A DNA stretch of 60,989 bases, filler included, from Stramenopiles sp. TOSAG23-2 (lineage: Eukaryota), in assembly GCA_900128395.1 (NCBI GenBank). It is 4 parts of 4 records of this genome, joined end to end, with 100 filler letters (N's around TTAATTAATTAA, not from the genome) between each part and the next. Parts side by side here need not be neighbours in the genome. Positions count along the whole stretch, not along the records: positions 30,580 to 45,740 come from LT649723.1; positions 45,841 to 60,989 come from LT649724.1; 2 more parts are not named here. One strand, written 5' to 3'. The notes below the pieces were generated by a model. The model was not told where the DNA came from. It saw nothing but the letters and a program-made list of their open reading frames with translations, and made no database searches. Positions 41,295-53,108 of the stretch are shown in pieces. The stretch's first letter is position 1; every line of letters starts with the position of its first letter. Position numbers and translations under genes: made by a program.

Positions 41295-44200
41295 ATGCCA
41301 CATCCTAGCACTTCTTTACGAAATGCACAAAAAATGGATAAACAAGCTGCTACTGCTTTAGCCGCTTTAGAAAAATTACGCTTGGAAGAGGAGATGGAAT
41401 TATTGGAAGCTCAAAGAGCGGAGGAAGTTGGATCTTTAAAAGTTGCATTGGAAAAATTGCGAATTATTACGTATAAGCAAAAATTTGATTGGAAGGAAAC
41501 TTTATTAGTACAACAGACAGAAGAAAACACAGATGATAGGAATGTAACGGACGAACAGTTTGTTGAAGCTTTACATATTGCAAACGAAGATGCAAGTGAT
41601 AAAGTGACAGTAGGAGAATTTGAAATATTGTTGCGAAAATTTTGCGATTACAAGGGAGATGTTAGAATTGCACACTTTCTTCGAGCGTTGAATATAGGAC
41701 CACCAACTGACCATGCAGATCCAGAATTGATGTTTGATGAATTACCCCAACCATATAAACTAATAGTGGAAGTTCTAGAAGAAGATATACTTGATGCCGC
41801 TTGGGATATTATCGATCAAAAATATCAATTATCAGCCGGTAATACAGCTTTAGATGAAGACAACAAAGATGGAGAGGAAATACAAAAAATAGCAATGGCA
41901 ATGAGTACACCCTGCTTTCCTCTGGTTGATGGGAAAATTGGCGACACCCCAACTTGTGTAAATCATTCAAAAGATGGTAATCTTTGCCTAATAGGTTATG
42001 TTGATGGTTCGGTTAAATTAGTGGAAAATGTTGGATGCCAAATGATTGGAACACATTCAGCATTTCCCGATTCACATGGTGGTATCACTAGCTTATCTGA
42101 AATTGTTGACTCTGAAAATTTTAAAGTATCTGGAGGAGCACCAAAATTAGTTGCTGTTGGTGCTTCTCAACTAACCAAGGAGGCATTTGCATTAGCTGCA
42201 AATGGCAGTGGTGAGGAAGAGGAAGATAAGAAAGGTGGGAAAAGCAAGAAAGATAAAAAAAAGGGAAAAGATGCATCAGATGAGGAAGAGGGAAATGGTG
42301 ATTTCCCGGGTGGTTTTGTACATGTATACGAAATTTGGGAAAGCGAACCAATGTTTACTTTGGTTGCAACATTATCGGTGGATAGGGAGGTTGATTCAGT
42401 TGTTTTGTCGCCTGCAGCTAGATTTTTGTCTGTCTCCTTAGTTGATGGGTCTGTCCAAGTTTATTCTATACCTAATAGGCCTCTACCATTAGAAGATGTT
42501 TCCCCTGAATTGTCTGGGATTGGTCAAATGGAACCTGTAGTAGAAGAGCAGGAAATGACAGAAATGGGAGAAGAGGGAAAAGAAGGAAACAACCTTCCAT
42601 TCAGATATTCAAGAGAAAAAGTTAGTTTAGAACGTCCTGCGTTAAAAATTATTTTAACTGCAGAAGATCGAAGAGGCGTTTTGAAACCAATAAAAAGTGT
42701 AGCAGAAGCCAAAATTATTGCTTTGCATGCAGCAGAAAATTTAAAACATGAAAGCCTTGAGGAAAAGAGTGTACAAGTAGAAGGGGGGGGGGAAGGTGGG
42801 AAAAAATCAAGACCGTCGAGTAAAAATTCATCTAGATCATCTAGTAAAAATGGAATGACTCCATCTGAAGATGACAATCAAACGGAAGATAAAAGCGTCG
42901 ATCCGTGTGGGATTGTCACTTTTATTCAAACACCTGTTTCTGTAAAAAAAATAAGTAGGTCAGAGAAATTTTTAACAACTGGACTTTTTGTGTGGTGGCC
43001 AGGAAGCAATCATTTAAAACGCTATTATTTGGATGGTAAAGTTGTAAATGGGGCAAAGGAAATCGATAATGAAGAAGGAGATGAAATCAAACAGAAAAAA
43101 AATCATAAGGTTTTGCATTCTGAATGGTTGTTTGCAACGGCTATTACAGCAACTTGCATAGATGTTTCTTGTTCAATTATGGTAGTCGGGCTCGCAGATG
43201 GTAGTGTTATAGTTTGGGACGTACATACTGGTAGGCGACGTACACAATTCAGAAGACATACGGGTCTCGTAGGAAATCGAGCTGCAGTAAGTGCCCTAGC
43301 AGTTTGGGGGCAGCGATACGTTGTATCTGGTGCCATGGATGGTAGTGTACAAGTGAACGATATGTTGAATGGCGATGTCGAAACAATATGTAGAAAAATA
43401 ATGTCAGGAGTAGGTAAATCATCGGTTGCTAGATTGAATAATCTGGATCCTGAATTTCAATTAGTGTCAATGCGAGAGAAGGATGGGTCATCAACAGTTT
43501 TGAATTTAAGTTGCTTATCAGACATACCAATAGCAGTTGCAGTATGTGAAGATAAAGATGGTATTGTAACATTGCGTCTGTATGATCTTCCTAGCGGGAC
43601 ATTTATGGGAGTCTTGGACCCACGTCGTAATGGTGATGTTGATGTTGAATCATGTAATTGGATGTTTGGTAAACTAGTACCTGATTCATTCGATGAAAAT
43701 GCAAATGTTTTAGATGCAAGGCCTCAAGGAGATGCTAGTAGAAGCGGGAGAATAAACATGAAGAAGATATCAAGTAACGGAGTCTCCGTTAAAAGTGGAA
43801 ATAAAGTACTTGGTCCTCGTCAAATCTTTGCAACTGCTAAAGGAGATAGTATTTTTGTGATTTGTTCTGATAGAAAAGAGGCAGAAATAGCCAAAAATTT
43901 TGTACCACAACCATCAAAATTGGAGGTGAATGAGGAAAATGAGTCTGACAACAATATTGAAAATGAGTCAGCGCCAGTAGTCACTTATCAAATGAATATT
44001 TATCAGGATTGGAAATTAATTTGCGATGCATATCCAGCAATAGCAACCACATGCCAAAATGGTACGGATGTAGCTCAAAATGCTAAACGGCTGTTCATGA
44101 TTACTACGGCAGAGCAACGGTCGGATCCTAAAGCTGACTTGGAAGCATTCTTACTTGGACCACCAGGGCTGCATCCAAAGCCGTATGGTAATGCTGTTCC

Positions 44201-44663
44201 TACACAAAGTGCAGGAACAAATGCTGCTTTGTCCATCCGGTCGGGAAAGTCATCTAGGACGCACATAAGCAAAACTTCAAATCGAAGTCAAATTATATCT
44301 CGTCATGCTCCACCGGCCCCGCAGTCATCATCTGGTTTCGGAGATTCTCAACTTTCTAGAGGGGGGCTTGACAGAAGAGCAAGTAGGCAAACAAGAAGTA
44401 AAGCTTATTCAGGAACAGCCGGAGAAAATAGTACAGTCTCACTTAAATCACGAAAAGATAATGTCCTTATATCTGCTGCAATTGGTTCGCTGCCTTTAGA
44501 AGCTAATGCGGAAAATTTCAACTTGCTTGAACCGAAAGTCAAAGATGGTGAAAACCTCCTGAAACTGTTTTTGAACATGAAAAATGCTACTCGAGAGCGG
44601 AGGAATCGACGAGTAAAGAAGCGAAGTCAAGAATTGCTTAAGTTTTGTACACCAGAGTTATAA
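41295..44663 (+). CDS. WDR93: WD40 protein, WDR93-like, with N-terminal EF-hand-like region
   Basis: FDELPQPYKLI..VL...ILDAAWDII matches the WDR93 N-terminal LPQPY motif; WD repeats GLADGSVIVWD, VSGAMDGSVQV; ATG at 41295. Confidence 0.7.
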   Translation: MPHPSTSLRNAQKMDKQAATALAALEKLRLEEEMELLEAQRAEEVGSLKVALEKLRIITYKQKFDWKETLLVQQTEENTDDRNVTDEQFVEALHIANEDASDKVTVGEFEILLRKFCDYKGDVRIAHFLRALNIGPPTDHADPELMFDELPQPYKLIVEVLEEDILDAAWDIIDQKYQLSAGNTALDEDNKDGEEIQKIAMAMSTPCFPLVDGKIGDTPTCVNHSKDGNLCLIGYVDGSVKLVENVGCQMIGTHSAFPDSHGGITSLSEIVDSENFKVSGGAPKLVAVGASQLTKEAFALAANGSGEEEEDKKGGKSKKDKKKGKDASDEEEGNGDFPGGFVHVYEIWESEPMFTLVATLSVDREVDSVVLSPAARFLSVSLVDGSVQVYSIPNRPLPLEDVSPELSGIGQMEPVVEEQEMTEMGEEGKEGNNLPFRYSREKVSLERPALKIILTAEDRRGVLKPIKSVAEAKIIALHAAENLKHESLEEKSVQVEGGGEGGKKSRPSSKNSSRSSSKNGMTPSEDDNQTEDKSVDPCGIVTFIQTPVSVKKISRSEKFLTTGLFVWWPGSNHLKRYYLDGKVVNGAKEIDNEEGDEIKQKKNHKVLHSEWLFATAITATCIDVSCSIMVVGLADGSVIVWDVHTGRRRTQFRRHTGLVGNRAAVSALAVWGQRYVVSGAMDGSVQVNDMLNGDVETICRKIMSGVGKSSVARLNNLDPEFQLVSMREKDGSSTVLNLSCLSDIPIAVAVCEDKDGIVTLRLYDLPSGTFMGVLDPRRNGDVDVESCNWMFGKLVPDSFDENANVLDARPQGDASRSGRINMKKISSNGVSVKSGNKVLGPRQIFATAKGDSIFVICSDRKEAEIAKNFVPQPSKLEVNEENESDNNIENESAPVVTYQMNIYQDWKLICDAYPAIATTCQNGTDVAQNAKRLFMITTAEQRSDPKADLEAFLLGPPGLHPKPYGNAVPTQSAGTNAALSIRSGKSSRTHISKTSNRSQIISRHAPPAPQSSSGFGDSQLSRGGLDRRASRQTRSKAYSGTAGENSTVSLKSRKDNVLISAAIGSLPLEANAENFNLLEPKVKDGENLLKLFLNMKNATRERRNRRVKKRSQELLKFCTPEL

Positions 44664-44842
44664 AAAATATCATTCGCGTCATGTTAAAATACATACATCA
44701 TATATATATTATAAATAAATAAGTTTATACCTTCGTAAAAATATTTTAAAAAAATATATATAAATTTAACTTTTTTGTACGTATATGTGCGCATAATACT
44801 ATATCATATCAAAATATTTAAAAAAAACAAAATTTTATTCCC

Positions 44843-45740
44843 CTATTTTACCACTTTTCTTGTTTTCTCATTATCTTTAGCAGCTGGTAATAAGATTTCT
44901 TTGATGTATCGATTGATTCGACTTGGTACCACTTCATACGGATTTGGACGGAGAAACATAGCAATTGCCGCTAATGCCTCGATAAACTCCGAATACACCA
45001 TTTCTGATCCATCATCATCATCTTCATCTTCGTCCAACTCGGCTTCTTCTTGTTGAACAAACGCAAAAATTGTCCTTACTGCACGTTGACTAAGTATAGG
45101 GCCAGTTAATTTCATTTCCATGCAAAAAGATACTAATTCCTTACAGTTCATAGTATCCATTGCTAAAGCTGCATCTCCATCATCGTCATCTGCAGCGTAA
45201 ACTAGATAAATCTTTTTCAAATTGCGCCTGTGTTTATGATACACTGCTTGCACTTCATCGCCAGCCAAGCGCTCTCTAAACACGTCGCAGTCAACACTAC
45301 AGGCGTTAGGTAGCATATCTTCATTCATTAAACGTTCTAATCGTTTATCTAACGCACCCCCTGTCTTCTTCGAATACCTCCATGAAGATGTACGAACGAG
45401 ACTTTCTGTCCATTCCGTTGACTCCATTTCTCCATCATCCGCCTCTGCCCTATCTTTCGCGTCTAAAGTATAGTCGATGTTACATGCTTGAAAAATTAAA
45501 TCTACACGCACTGATGGCATAGCTTTCCTATCTTTTTGAAATTTACATTCCCTAACAAATTTCCACCACTCTGCATGATCCATAGTATTAGCATCACCAG
45601 CCTCCGCTGCTGCGTAATATTGAAATATTCTTTTCAAGTCACGAATTCGATGTTTAAACATTTCTTGCCATGATTTAATAATTTCTTCCTGTTCCTCTTC
45701 TTCCATAATTTTAGCCCTTTTAAAAACACTATTTACTAGC
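44843..45740 (-). CDS. 3' part of an EF-hand-like repeat protein, 5'-truncated
   Basis: Two repeats LK.IF..YAA...M...E...F..E.K....IF...E.....EF.E.L; frame open to the contig end. Confidence 0.7.
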
Positions 45741-45840
45741 NNNNNNNNNNNNNNNNNNNNNNNNNNNNNNNNNNNNNNNNNNNNTTAATTAATTAANNNN
45801 NNNNNNNNNNNNNNNNNNNNNNNNNNNNNNNNNNNNNNNN
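45741..45840. other. Artificial contig linker
   Basis: N-TTAATTAATTAA-N, 100 nt. Confidence 0.98.
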
Positions 45841-46231
45841 TAATATAATTATTTGTGCGTTGTGATATGTGAATTAATTGATATATATTGATATATATTG
45901 ATATTTATTGATTCATTTCCTATTTTTTAATTCAGTTAAAATACCTTAATATATATGTTGAGATTTTACACCTATCCAAAAATCTGGTGAATTCCAGAAA
46001 CAGCGCTTGTATGACTTAAACTATCTAGAGTAATGTGTCAAAAGGCTTATAAGCTTATTATTTGCTGATGTACACATCCATAAATTCAATAAATATATCG
46101 TTATATATATATATACGACGTATATATGTACTGTATATATATCTGTCATATTAAAATAAGAACAAGACATTTCTTTATACAATTTATTATCGTTCATTTA
46201 CTTTATTTCGATAATTCATACGAGGCGTAAA

Positions 46232-47697
46232 ATGAACTATTCTAAAATCAATCATTTATTTTGTATTACGTTGCAAATAATATCATTGCTACAATGTATT
46301 ATTATAATCAAAACATATTCTTGGCCAATTGGATTTGGAGGAAATGCAAGACGAACATCACAAGTAATACCAACAGATACATTGCCTTCCTCAACAATAC
46401 ATGAACCTTATGAGATTTGGAAAAAAGAGACAGGTAGTCGTATTGAATCATCTATCACCATAATAATAATATATTAGAATACAATGCAAAATTACTTGAT
46501 GATAGAACTTCAGAAGATCAAGGGGAGTATTTAACTGCGCGCCCTGTAAATACGTTAACAATTGATAATAAATTGCATTTAAAATTTGATATTGAACCGC
46601 CAAAAGAAATGAAAAATAAATTTTCATTAAAACAATCAACATTAACAAAGGCAAAATTAATATTTAATATCCATACATGTGATGCTATAAGTGAATTAGC
46701 AGAAGCATTTATCGTCGGAACAATTTCTCCACTAATTCATGTGAAAGGATCAAATCATATATTTGCGCAAACTTCAGCCATGAATAAATTAAATACTAGA
46801 GGTAATACCTTTGAATTGGATTTCACAATAGCATTAAGACCATATATATATGAAGATAGCAGATTGCAAGAATCGAAAAATAATAATTTTCATGTAAATA
46901 TTGAAATTTCATTTCACAATATTACAATAGGGCAAATGTCGTACATTCAGTTTTATAGTAGTAAATTTAAAAAAGGTTCTCAAATGAAGCCATGTTTATC
47001 ATTGCAATTTACCACAGAAACATTTCATGGAATTTACCCACGTATAGTTCCAAATAATTTTTCTACAAATATTAATGTGAATGGAATATTCAATTTAAAT
47101 GATTCCTATGTTTGCGGAATAGCATCATATCAGCCACATCAGTTCAACCTTACAAGCATGTTATTTACATTGCCACAAAAATCATATAATAAAACATATC
47201 TCGTATGTGAAATCCCAGCAATTAGAGTTAACTTGAAAATGTGCTCTATAAAAGACGATAGAGACAATTGGAATAGATGTTATAGTGATTATATTGTATA
47301 CATAATGCGTGAAGTAAATGTCGGTGTTGATCCAAATGGCCCAGAAAAAACTACGAAATCATTTGTCCCAATTGTATATTCAGGTCCAATGAACCATAGA
47401 ATTATACAAGTAACAGATTATAGAAATTTAAAACATTTTCTTCGTAGCAATTTGGAATGGAACTCACAGAGCGAACGAAAAGGTGGATATCATGGGTGGA
47501 ACGGCAATGATCATCGATATTTCGGTAAAAATTATGATCCGAATGATTTTGGTATTTATCGAAGTGGTAGAAATTATCAATGGAATCCAAATTGGGAAAG
47601 AGATTATTATTATCGTGACCCAAATATATTTCAACGCTATCATGGAACAGATACAATTAGTGAAAAAGAAATATTAGCTAGAGGTTTTAGTGTATGA
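46232..47697 (+). CDS. Putative secreted protein in two frames, joined by a possible 44-nt intron (46434-46477) or a frameshift
   Basis: Signal-peptide-like ORF 46232-46477; second frame open 46447-47697; removing GTAGTC...TTAG joins them in frame. Confidence 0.5.
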
Positions 47698-48171
47698 TAT
47701 GCTTCGTACATGATGATGTGCGACGATACAAATCCAAATGGTGCACCAGGATAGGGAAAGTAGATGTTTACGTGTCGTAATGCACTACGATTCGTACGAA
47801 AGTGTAGATTTTAAAAATTATGAAAAAATAATATATTTTTTTAGCACAACACATATTTTATATTTGAGAGAAGAGAGACACACACATAATTAATTGTAAA
47901 AATAAAATATTTTTTTACGTATTACGAGTTAAATAAATACTCTCTGGAAAGAGTTAGATTACTCGTATATTTTTACGTACATCATGCATATCATAAAATT
48001 TTTATTTTTTTAAAAGCACTTTTTATAATCTTGATAAAAGAGATAATAATATCATATACAAATAGTTTTTACAGCGCGCAGTGTTTTCGTACGAACGTAC
48101 GCGCTCGTATTTTTTTAATATTCGTATATTTTTAACAAAGTTGTTCAGTAAAAAACTATCTCCTCTTTTGT

Positions 48172-50373
48172 TTAACCTGTTGTTTTAGTTATAATACTCG
48201 CAATAGATATACCAAGTGCCTGTAAAGGTGAACATGGGTAACGAACATCCATTGTAAATTCACGATTTTCAACCCGTCCAAAACGTACATAAACATCATC
48301 TAACGAATGTGATGAGACTAATAAATAATTTTTAGACGATGCCATTGTAACACGGCCATCAAAATCAAGAGTATATGCACCAATAGCTTCATCAAAATGT
48401 GGTTTCTTATTTTCATAAAAGGACAAATGATCGAATTTTCCAGATTTCCATTGACTTAACATTTCATCTTTAGGATGCATCGGCTTCCAAGGTGCTTGTA
48501 TTTCCTCTCCATCGTCCACTTTTTCGTTTTTGGGTATCATTTCTGGCAGCAAAACTGTCATATGACGGGGACAATCTTTTGTATTGGTTATTTGAATGGC
48601 ACCAAGTTGGATCCTGTCACCAGAATATGGATCATTTTTCACTTTTCGCTTTAACTTGTTTTCCGTAATAATATTATATTGCAATACCTTACCTGTTTGG
48701 ATTTGCTCCACTTTACCAATTGTTTCATTATCACATTTAATTTTATAACCTTTTTTACCTCCAGAACCTAATAAATTTGTTTTTTTCTTTGCAGTCATTA
48801 CTAAATCACCAAAAGCTTCGACATCGTAATCCAAGATGACAAACAATTCATTTTGTTTATGATCCCCTATCACACGGAAATATACCATACCTAATTCATC
48901 TGGAACAGGATTCTTCAGAAATTGTATAAAATCGAAATCTGGACTTTGAAAGTATTTTCTTAATTTTCGAGGCATTTCACTTCCATCATCACCTTCTGCA
49001 GGCTGTGGTTTACCTTTGGCTCTTAATTCATCTTTTTCTTGCTGCTTCATTTTATTCAACATATTTTCCAATTCTTCTTCATCTTCACCTGCAATATCTT
49101 CAATAATTTTTTCTTTTATAAATGCATTGCCTTTGATCAAATCTTTAGCACCACTATTACCGTCCAAAGATTCTTTTTCAACAAATTTAGCAACGCGGCG
49201 AGTCATGTGATCACACGATTCAGCAAAAAACATTAACATATGAAGCTCTTCATCCGATAGAGCTCTACTTTTCATAATTTCAGATACACTATCATGATGT
49301 TTCATCGCACGAGCGACGTGATCGATGATGCTCATTTTTTTACTACTACTACTACTACTACTTTTCTTTTTCCGTTTAGCTTTTTTCTCTTTTTTCTTCT
49401 CACTTCCTACAACTGGTATATCCACTTCCTCATCGCTAGAAAAATAATCTTTTTTATTTCGTCTTGGTGTTTTCGATGGAATTTTTCCATTTTCATCATC
49501 ATCATCCCCACTACCATAATTAGCAGCACCAGGTGCTGCTTTCCTAATACTCGACATTAAATCATGCATATCAATTGGGACAACATTATGCGATTCATCT
49601 TCATCGCTACTAGCAGAGCGGTATACCAATTCATGCGGTTTTGGTTTATTATGACTATTGCTACTGAACTTATTCCGCGACTTTGATATACTATCTGAAT
49701 CAAGTACTACGCTAGGTCTACCAAAATCTTTCCCTCCATCCAATACATCCCCTTCATTGTCATCGTCAAAAGTTTTTTTATTTGTAGATTCTGGAGTGCG
49801 AATGGATGAAGACTTTGATGATTTCGTTGTTGAAGATGTTTTTTTCTTTTTATCTTTTTTCTTTTTCTGTTCTTTTTTACTGCTAGTATTACTAGACACG
49901 CCTAAATTATTTCGATTTCGCCGTGCTCCTATATCCAAGAAACTTCCCCCAACTATATTGTCATCATGAACTTCCGCATCCTCGTCATCTTCCATCATAA
50001 ACAATCCAGGGCTTTTCGGTTTTGATTTATTTTTTTTACGTAATTCATCTATTTTAGACGCTTTGGATGATTTTTTCTTTTTACTTTTTTTGATACCATC
50101 TCCTGGTTTATCCGTCGTTTCCTCAGATTTTTTACCTTCATATATATCATCTGCAATCTCCTCTTTTTTTTCCGAACTTGAAGAATCTTTTTTTGAATTA
50201 CTTTTTTTATTACTATTTTTCTTATTGTTTTTATTATTATTACTATCCTCCTGGTTTTTTTTACCTTCATCAATTATTTCATGTTCCTCCGGTGGTGGTT
50301 TTGGTCTTGATGGTGGTCTAGGTGTGCTCTTCGGCGTCCCTTTCCCCCTAACAATTTTTTTCTTCGTACTCAT
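48172..50373 (-). CDS. Tubby-domain protein (TULP-like)
   Basis: PRHMTVLLP, NKKPHFDE...YTLDFDGRVTMASSKNY, FGRV....FTMDVRYPCSPLQALGI. Confidence 0.92.
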   Translation of the reverse strand: MSTKKKIVRGKGTPKSTPRPPSRPKPPPEEHEIIDEGKKNQEDSNNNKNNKKNSNKKSNSKKDSSSSEKKEEIADDIYEGKKSEETTDKPGDGIKKSKKKKSSKASKIDELRKKNKSKPKSPGLFMMEDDEDAEVHDDNIVGGSFLDIGARRNRNNLGVSSNTSSKKEQKKKKDKKKKTSSTTKSSKSSSIRTPESTNKKTFDDDNEGDVLDGGKDFGRPSVVLDSDSISKSRNKFSSNSHNKPKPHELVYRSASSDEDESHNVVPIDMHDLMSSIRKAAPGAANYGSGDDDDENGKIPSKTPRRNKKDYFSSDEEVDIPVVGSEKKKEKKAKRKKKSSSSSSSKKMSIIDHVARAMKHHDSVSEIMKSRALSDEELHMLMFFAESCDHMTRRVAKFVEKESLDGNSGAKDLIKGNAFIKEKIIEDIAGEDEEELENMLNKMKQQEKDELRAKGKPQPAEGDDGSEMPRKLRKYFQSPDFDFIQFLKNPVPDELGMVYFRVIGDHKQNELFVILDYDVEAFGDLVMTAKKKTNLLGSGGKKGYKIKCDNETIGKVEQIQTGKVLQYNIITENKLKRKVKNDPYSGDRIQLGAIQITNTKDCPRHMTVLLPEMIPKNEKVDDGEEIQAPWKPMHPKDEMLSQWKSGKFDHLSFYENKKPHFDEAIGAYTLDFDGRVTMASSKNYLLVSSHSLDDVYVRFGRVENREFTMDVRYPCSPLQALGISIASIITKTTG

Positions 50374-51006
50374 ACCAAATGTAATGTTGTAATTTGAAAT
50401 GTTGTATTGGTGTTATGTGATATGGATGTTGTATTTACCATTGTATTTTATATATATCTATCATCCATTTACCATTCATATATCTATATGTTAATAATGC
50501 ACTTATTATTTATTTTTACAGCACATCATTATTTGGTTAATTAATTTAATAAAGAAAAAAGCCGACTATAATTCCAATAATAATCAAACAAATACAAATT
50601 TTATTAGTCTTCTATACCATGTATTTTTTGTCGGCCCCTATTTAAATTTTATTGACTGTTTCACCTCAGCATATCAGCATATCATCATTGTCATGTCATA
50701 GCTGGATATACCAGGCCTTAGGGCAGGTAAATAGTACCAAGTATAGAATTTGAAAATATAATACTGCAGTACTGCAGTATTATAGTATACAATTAGAATA
50801 TAATAGAGAGCTATTAATACCTGGTACTTGTAACTAACTTTTGTAAATAATTATAATATTATTATTATCAATGCACGTTGCCAATCAAAAAGATACGCAT
50901 AACAGAAAATACAATCATACATTTTTCTCTACACACACTCATATATATATATATGCCTATACAGATAATCTGGACGACAACACACACACACACACACACA
51001 CACACA

Positions 51007-52914
51007 ATGTATGAAGTACAATTGGAGAAAACATTTTCTCAACAACTTCAAGTTCCGAAACTAACTGTGCCAGATTTAAACCAAACTATTGAATGTTTTT
51101 TACAATCTGTAAGACCATTTATTCATAATTCAAAGGATGACAAAAGAATTAAAAAATTAGCAACTGAGTTAGCATCAAACCCTTCGATACTTGCGCGGCA
51201 AGAATTTTTAAGAATGTTAGCAGCTGATACAGATACAAATTGGTTATCAAGTGGTGGTAAAAACGATATTTGGATCAGAGCAGCATATCATAGTTGGGTG
51301 GACTTGCCATTACCTTGTAATTCCAACGTTTGTGGGTGGATGTTTTTGGAAAAAGAGTGGGAATTGGAGCCTACATTTAGTGCAGCTGCAACTGTTATGG
51401 CATATTTAACGTATAAAATTGATTTAGATAATGGGAATGTACCAATCAATCGTGCCAGAGATGGCAAACCAGAAGATATGTTTCAATATTCTAGAATATT
51501 TGGAATGACAAGAGTACCATCAACTACATGTGATTATTTTGTACAAGATCGAAATTCAAAGCATATTGTAGTGTTTTGTTGTAATACTCCATATAAAATA
51601 AATGTGTTAAGTGAAAATAATAATATATTGATGGATATTGGATCGTTACGAAATATATTTCAGTACATTATATTAGATACAAAAAATCAAAGCCACAATG
51701 CTAAATTCGGAGCCTTGACTGGAATGGAAAGAAGCAAATGGGCAAAGGTGCGGGAACAATGGATAAAAAATGATCCAGAGAAAAAAGATGCTTTGCATTG
51801 GATTGAAAGTGCAATTACTGTATTAAACTTGGATGTATTAGGAAATAAAGAATTTGAAGATTTTACTTCTTTAACAAGGAGATTTTTACATTATAATAAT
51901 GAAAATAGATGGTTTGACAAGTCATTTCAAATAATTGTAAATCCTGCTGGACAGGTTGGTGTTAATGTTGAACATAGTTGGGCTGAAGCTTCTGTCTTAT
52001 TACAAATACATAGCACTATTGTATATCAGTATGTCGCAAATGAATATAAAAAACGAAGAAATTTGAGGAATGATGATGGTGAATTATTAAAAGTTGATGA
52101 TCTTCTAAATAAATATGTTCATCGATTAGATGCCATGAAAACATTTAGTCCGGAAACAATAGAGCAAATTGATTATGCTGTTGGATTATTAAATGAAATT
52201 AATAACAATAGTGATTTGGCAATAATTCCTGCATATGAATATCCTGCCACGACGCTGAAACAAGTTGGTGTGTCTCCAGATAGCATTTTACAGCTTGCCA
52301 TACAATTGGGATATTATCGAATGCATAAAAAAACTGCTGCAACTTATGAAACTGTAGTCTTGACGGCATTTCGAAATGGTAGGACAGGTACTTGTAGAAC
52401 AGTTTGCACAGAGACTGTAGAGTTTTGCAAAGCAATGGTACATGGTAACAAAAAGAAAATAGATTTGCAAAATGATTTTAAGAAAGCTGCTAAAGCTCAT
52501 ATCAGCTATGTTATTAAAGCATCAAATGGAAAAGGCTGTGATCGTCATATGCTTGCTCTTCGTTTCCCACTAGACCATTTAGGAGAAGGAGTTCCTGGGC
52601 CTGGAATATCCGAATTATGGTCTGATCCATTATTCAATCAATCACAATCTTGGATGTTAAGCACTTCGAATAATTCCTACCTTTTAAATGGATGTGGTTG
52701 TTTCGGTTCTGTTAATCCACTTGGTTATGGCGTTGGTTATTTATCTGCAAGTACAGCTTCATACTTTGCTATTGAATGTAAGAATGAAACAAAAGATACA
52801 AGCAGCATTATATTAGCACGTTATTGTATTGAAGCTTTAGAAGATATCCATAATTTATTCGATGTTATGCCAGTTACAGTGAAAGAACCCTGGGTAGCAA
52901 ATGCCAAGTTGTAA
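51007..52914 (+). CDS. Carnitine/choline acyltransferase, probably peroxisomal (PTS1 -AKL)
   Basis: PKLTVPDL, NRWFDKS, catalytic EHSWAE, ATYE, FRNGRT, GCDRH, LSTS, GYGVGY; ATG at 51007 after a CA repeat. Confidence 0.92.
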   Translation: MYEVQLEKTFSQQLQVPKLTVPDLNQTIECFLQSVRPFIHNSKDDKRIKKLATELASNPSILARQEFLRMLAADTDTNWLSSGGKNDIWIRAAYHSWVDLPLPCNSNVCGWMFLEKEWELEPTFSAAATVMAYLTYKIDLDNGNVPINRARDGKPEDMFQYSRIFGMTRVPSTTCDYFVQDRNSKHIVVFCCNTPYKINVLSENNNILMDIGSLRNIFQYIILDTKNQSHNAKFGALTGMERSKWAKVREQWIKNDPEKKDALHWIESAITVLNLDVLGNKEFEDFTSLTRRFLHYNNENRWFDKSFQIIVNPAGQVGVNVEHSWAEASVLLQIHSTIVYQYVANEYKKRRNLRNDDGELLKVDDLLNKYVHRLDAMKTFSPETIEQIDYAVGLLNEINNNSDLAIIPAYEYPATTLKQVGVSPDSILQLAIQLGYYRMHKKTAATYETVVLTAFRNGRTGTCRTVCTETVEFCKAMVHGNKKKIDLQNDFKKAAKAHISYVIKASNGKGCDRHMLALRFPLDHLGEGVPGPGISELWSDPLFNQSQSWMLSTSNNSYLLNGCGCFGSVNPLGYGVGYLSASTASYFAIECKNETKDTSSIILARYCIEALEDIHNLFDVMPVTVKEPWVANAKL

Positions 52915-53108
52915 AAAAAAATTCTCATTTTGTACACATATTTAATTCGTACAAAAGAGTAATTTAAGAACATATAATATTCCGTATTTAATTCAAAATA
53001 TACTTTTCGTATGCATACGAACCCATATATCATTATTTTTAATAATATACGAGTCGTATATACTCTAGAACTTTGTAATAATTAATAATAATGATATTTT
53101 TAAAAAGC

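Noticed and set aside
47695-47754. Selenocysteine or readthrough at the TGA followed by an 18-codon extension
   Set aside because: No convincing SECIS stem and no redox motif context
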